A stretch of DNA of 64,000 nt, taken from Hemiscyllium ocellatum (taxonomy: Eukaryota). Below are positions 63,281 to 64,000 of the stretch, one piece after another. The stretch spans positions 12,462,001 through 12,526,000 of the forward strand of contig NC_083426.1 in NCBI RefSeq assembly GCF_020745735.1. The letters run 5' to 3'. The position numbers were made by a program, and so were the translations under genes. The notes under the pieces are model-generated. The model saw only the letters and a program-made list of their open reading frames with translations, did no database searches and was not told the origin of the DNA. How positions within the stretch are numbered: position 1 is the first letter of the stretch; every line of letters begins with the position of its first letter.

Positions 63281-63408
63281 GTAAAAACAATGACTGCAGA
63301 TGCTGGAAACCAGATTCTTGATTAGTGGTGCTGGAAGAGCACAGCAGTTCAGGCAGCATCCAAGGAGCAGCGAAATCGACGTTTTGGGCAAAAGCCCTTC
63401 ATCAGGAA
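63281..63408 (-). mobile_element. H1 mini-element (GAAA changed to AAAA)
   Basis: ttcctgatgaagggcttttgcccaaaacgtcgattt. Confidence 0.72.
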
Positions 63409-63449
63409 CAACTGAAGGGATTTGCTATTTCATATGATCCACAATATGT

Positions 63450-64000
63450 CATAGAGTCATAGAGATATACAGCACAGAAACAGGCCCTTCAGTCCAACTC
63501 ATCCATGCTGACCAGATATCCTAACCTAATCTAGTCCCATTTGCCAGCACTTTATCCATATCCCTCTAAACTCTTTCTACTCACATACCCATCCAGATGC
63601 TTTTAAATGTTGTAATTGTACCAGCCTCCAACACTTCCTCTGGCAGCTAATTCTATGCACGCACCACTCTCTGTGTGAAGAAGTTACCCCTTAAATCCTC
63701 TTTAAATTTTTCCTATTTCCGCCAAAACAAAAGGTGGTGGACCCAGCACAGATCCTTGTGGCACTCCACTGGTCACAGGCCTCCAGTCTGGAAAGCAATC
63801 CTCCACCACTACCCTCTGTCTTCTACCTTCAAGCCATTTCTGTATCCAAATGGCCAGTTCTCCCCATATTCCATGAGATCTAACCTTGCTAACCAGTCTG
63901 CCAAGAGGAACCTTGTCGAATGCCTTAATGAAGTCCACATGGATCACGTCCACCATTCTGCCCTCATCAATCCTCTTTGTTACTTCTTCGAAAAACTCAA
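63450..64000 (-). mobile_element. CR1 fragment with internal deletion, running off the window
   Basis: DFIKAFDKVP..WRPVTSGVPQGSVLGP joined to a 3' tail segment. Confidence 0.82.

Noticed and set aside
283-63408. Recurrent 30-40 bp motifs as a CRISPR array
   Set aside because: Dispersed in both orientations and part of Penelope-like termini; no regular repeat-spacer period; eukaryotic context

Overview
Eukaryotic genomic DNA from a cartilaginous fish, probably a carpet/bamboo shark (inferred from HE1-type V-SINEs, CR1 LINEs and Penelope-like elements). The window holds a minus-strand tandem cluster of CD300/pIgR/MDIR-like immunoglobulin-superfamily receptor genes: four copies (A 4.5-13.5 kb, B 16.8-26.1 kb, A' 33.8-42.0 kb, B' 47.4-56.3 kb) plus a relic TM exon of a divergent fifth member at about 58.8 kb. 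The exon plan is leader - V-type Ig - C2-type Ig (C2a) - dead second C2 (C2b) - Ser/Thr stalk - TM with Asp/Arg and a 3-residue tail. Copy A splices with canonical GT/AG sites into an intact 295-aa receptor. B and A' keep intact leader and V exons but carry opposite 1-nt frameshifts in the same G-run of C2a; B' is a pseudogene. Introns and spacers are filled with CR1 LINEs (one with an esterase ORF1), SINEs, a probable solo LTR, and three families of Penelope-like elements carrying minimal hammerhead ribozyme motifs, including 90-165 bp hammerhead mini-elements with clear target-site duplications. All calls were read by eye; repeat boundaries are approximate, exon boundaries were counted base by base.
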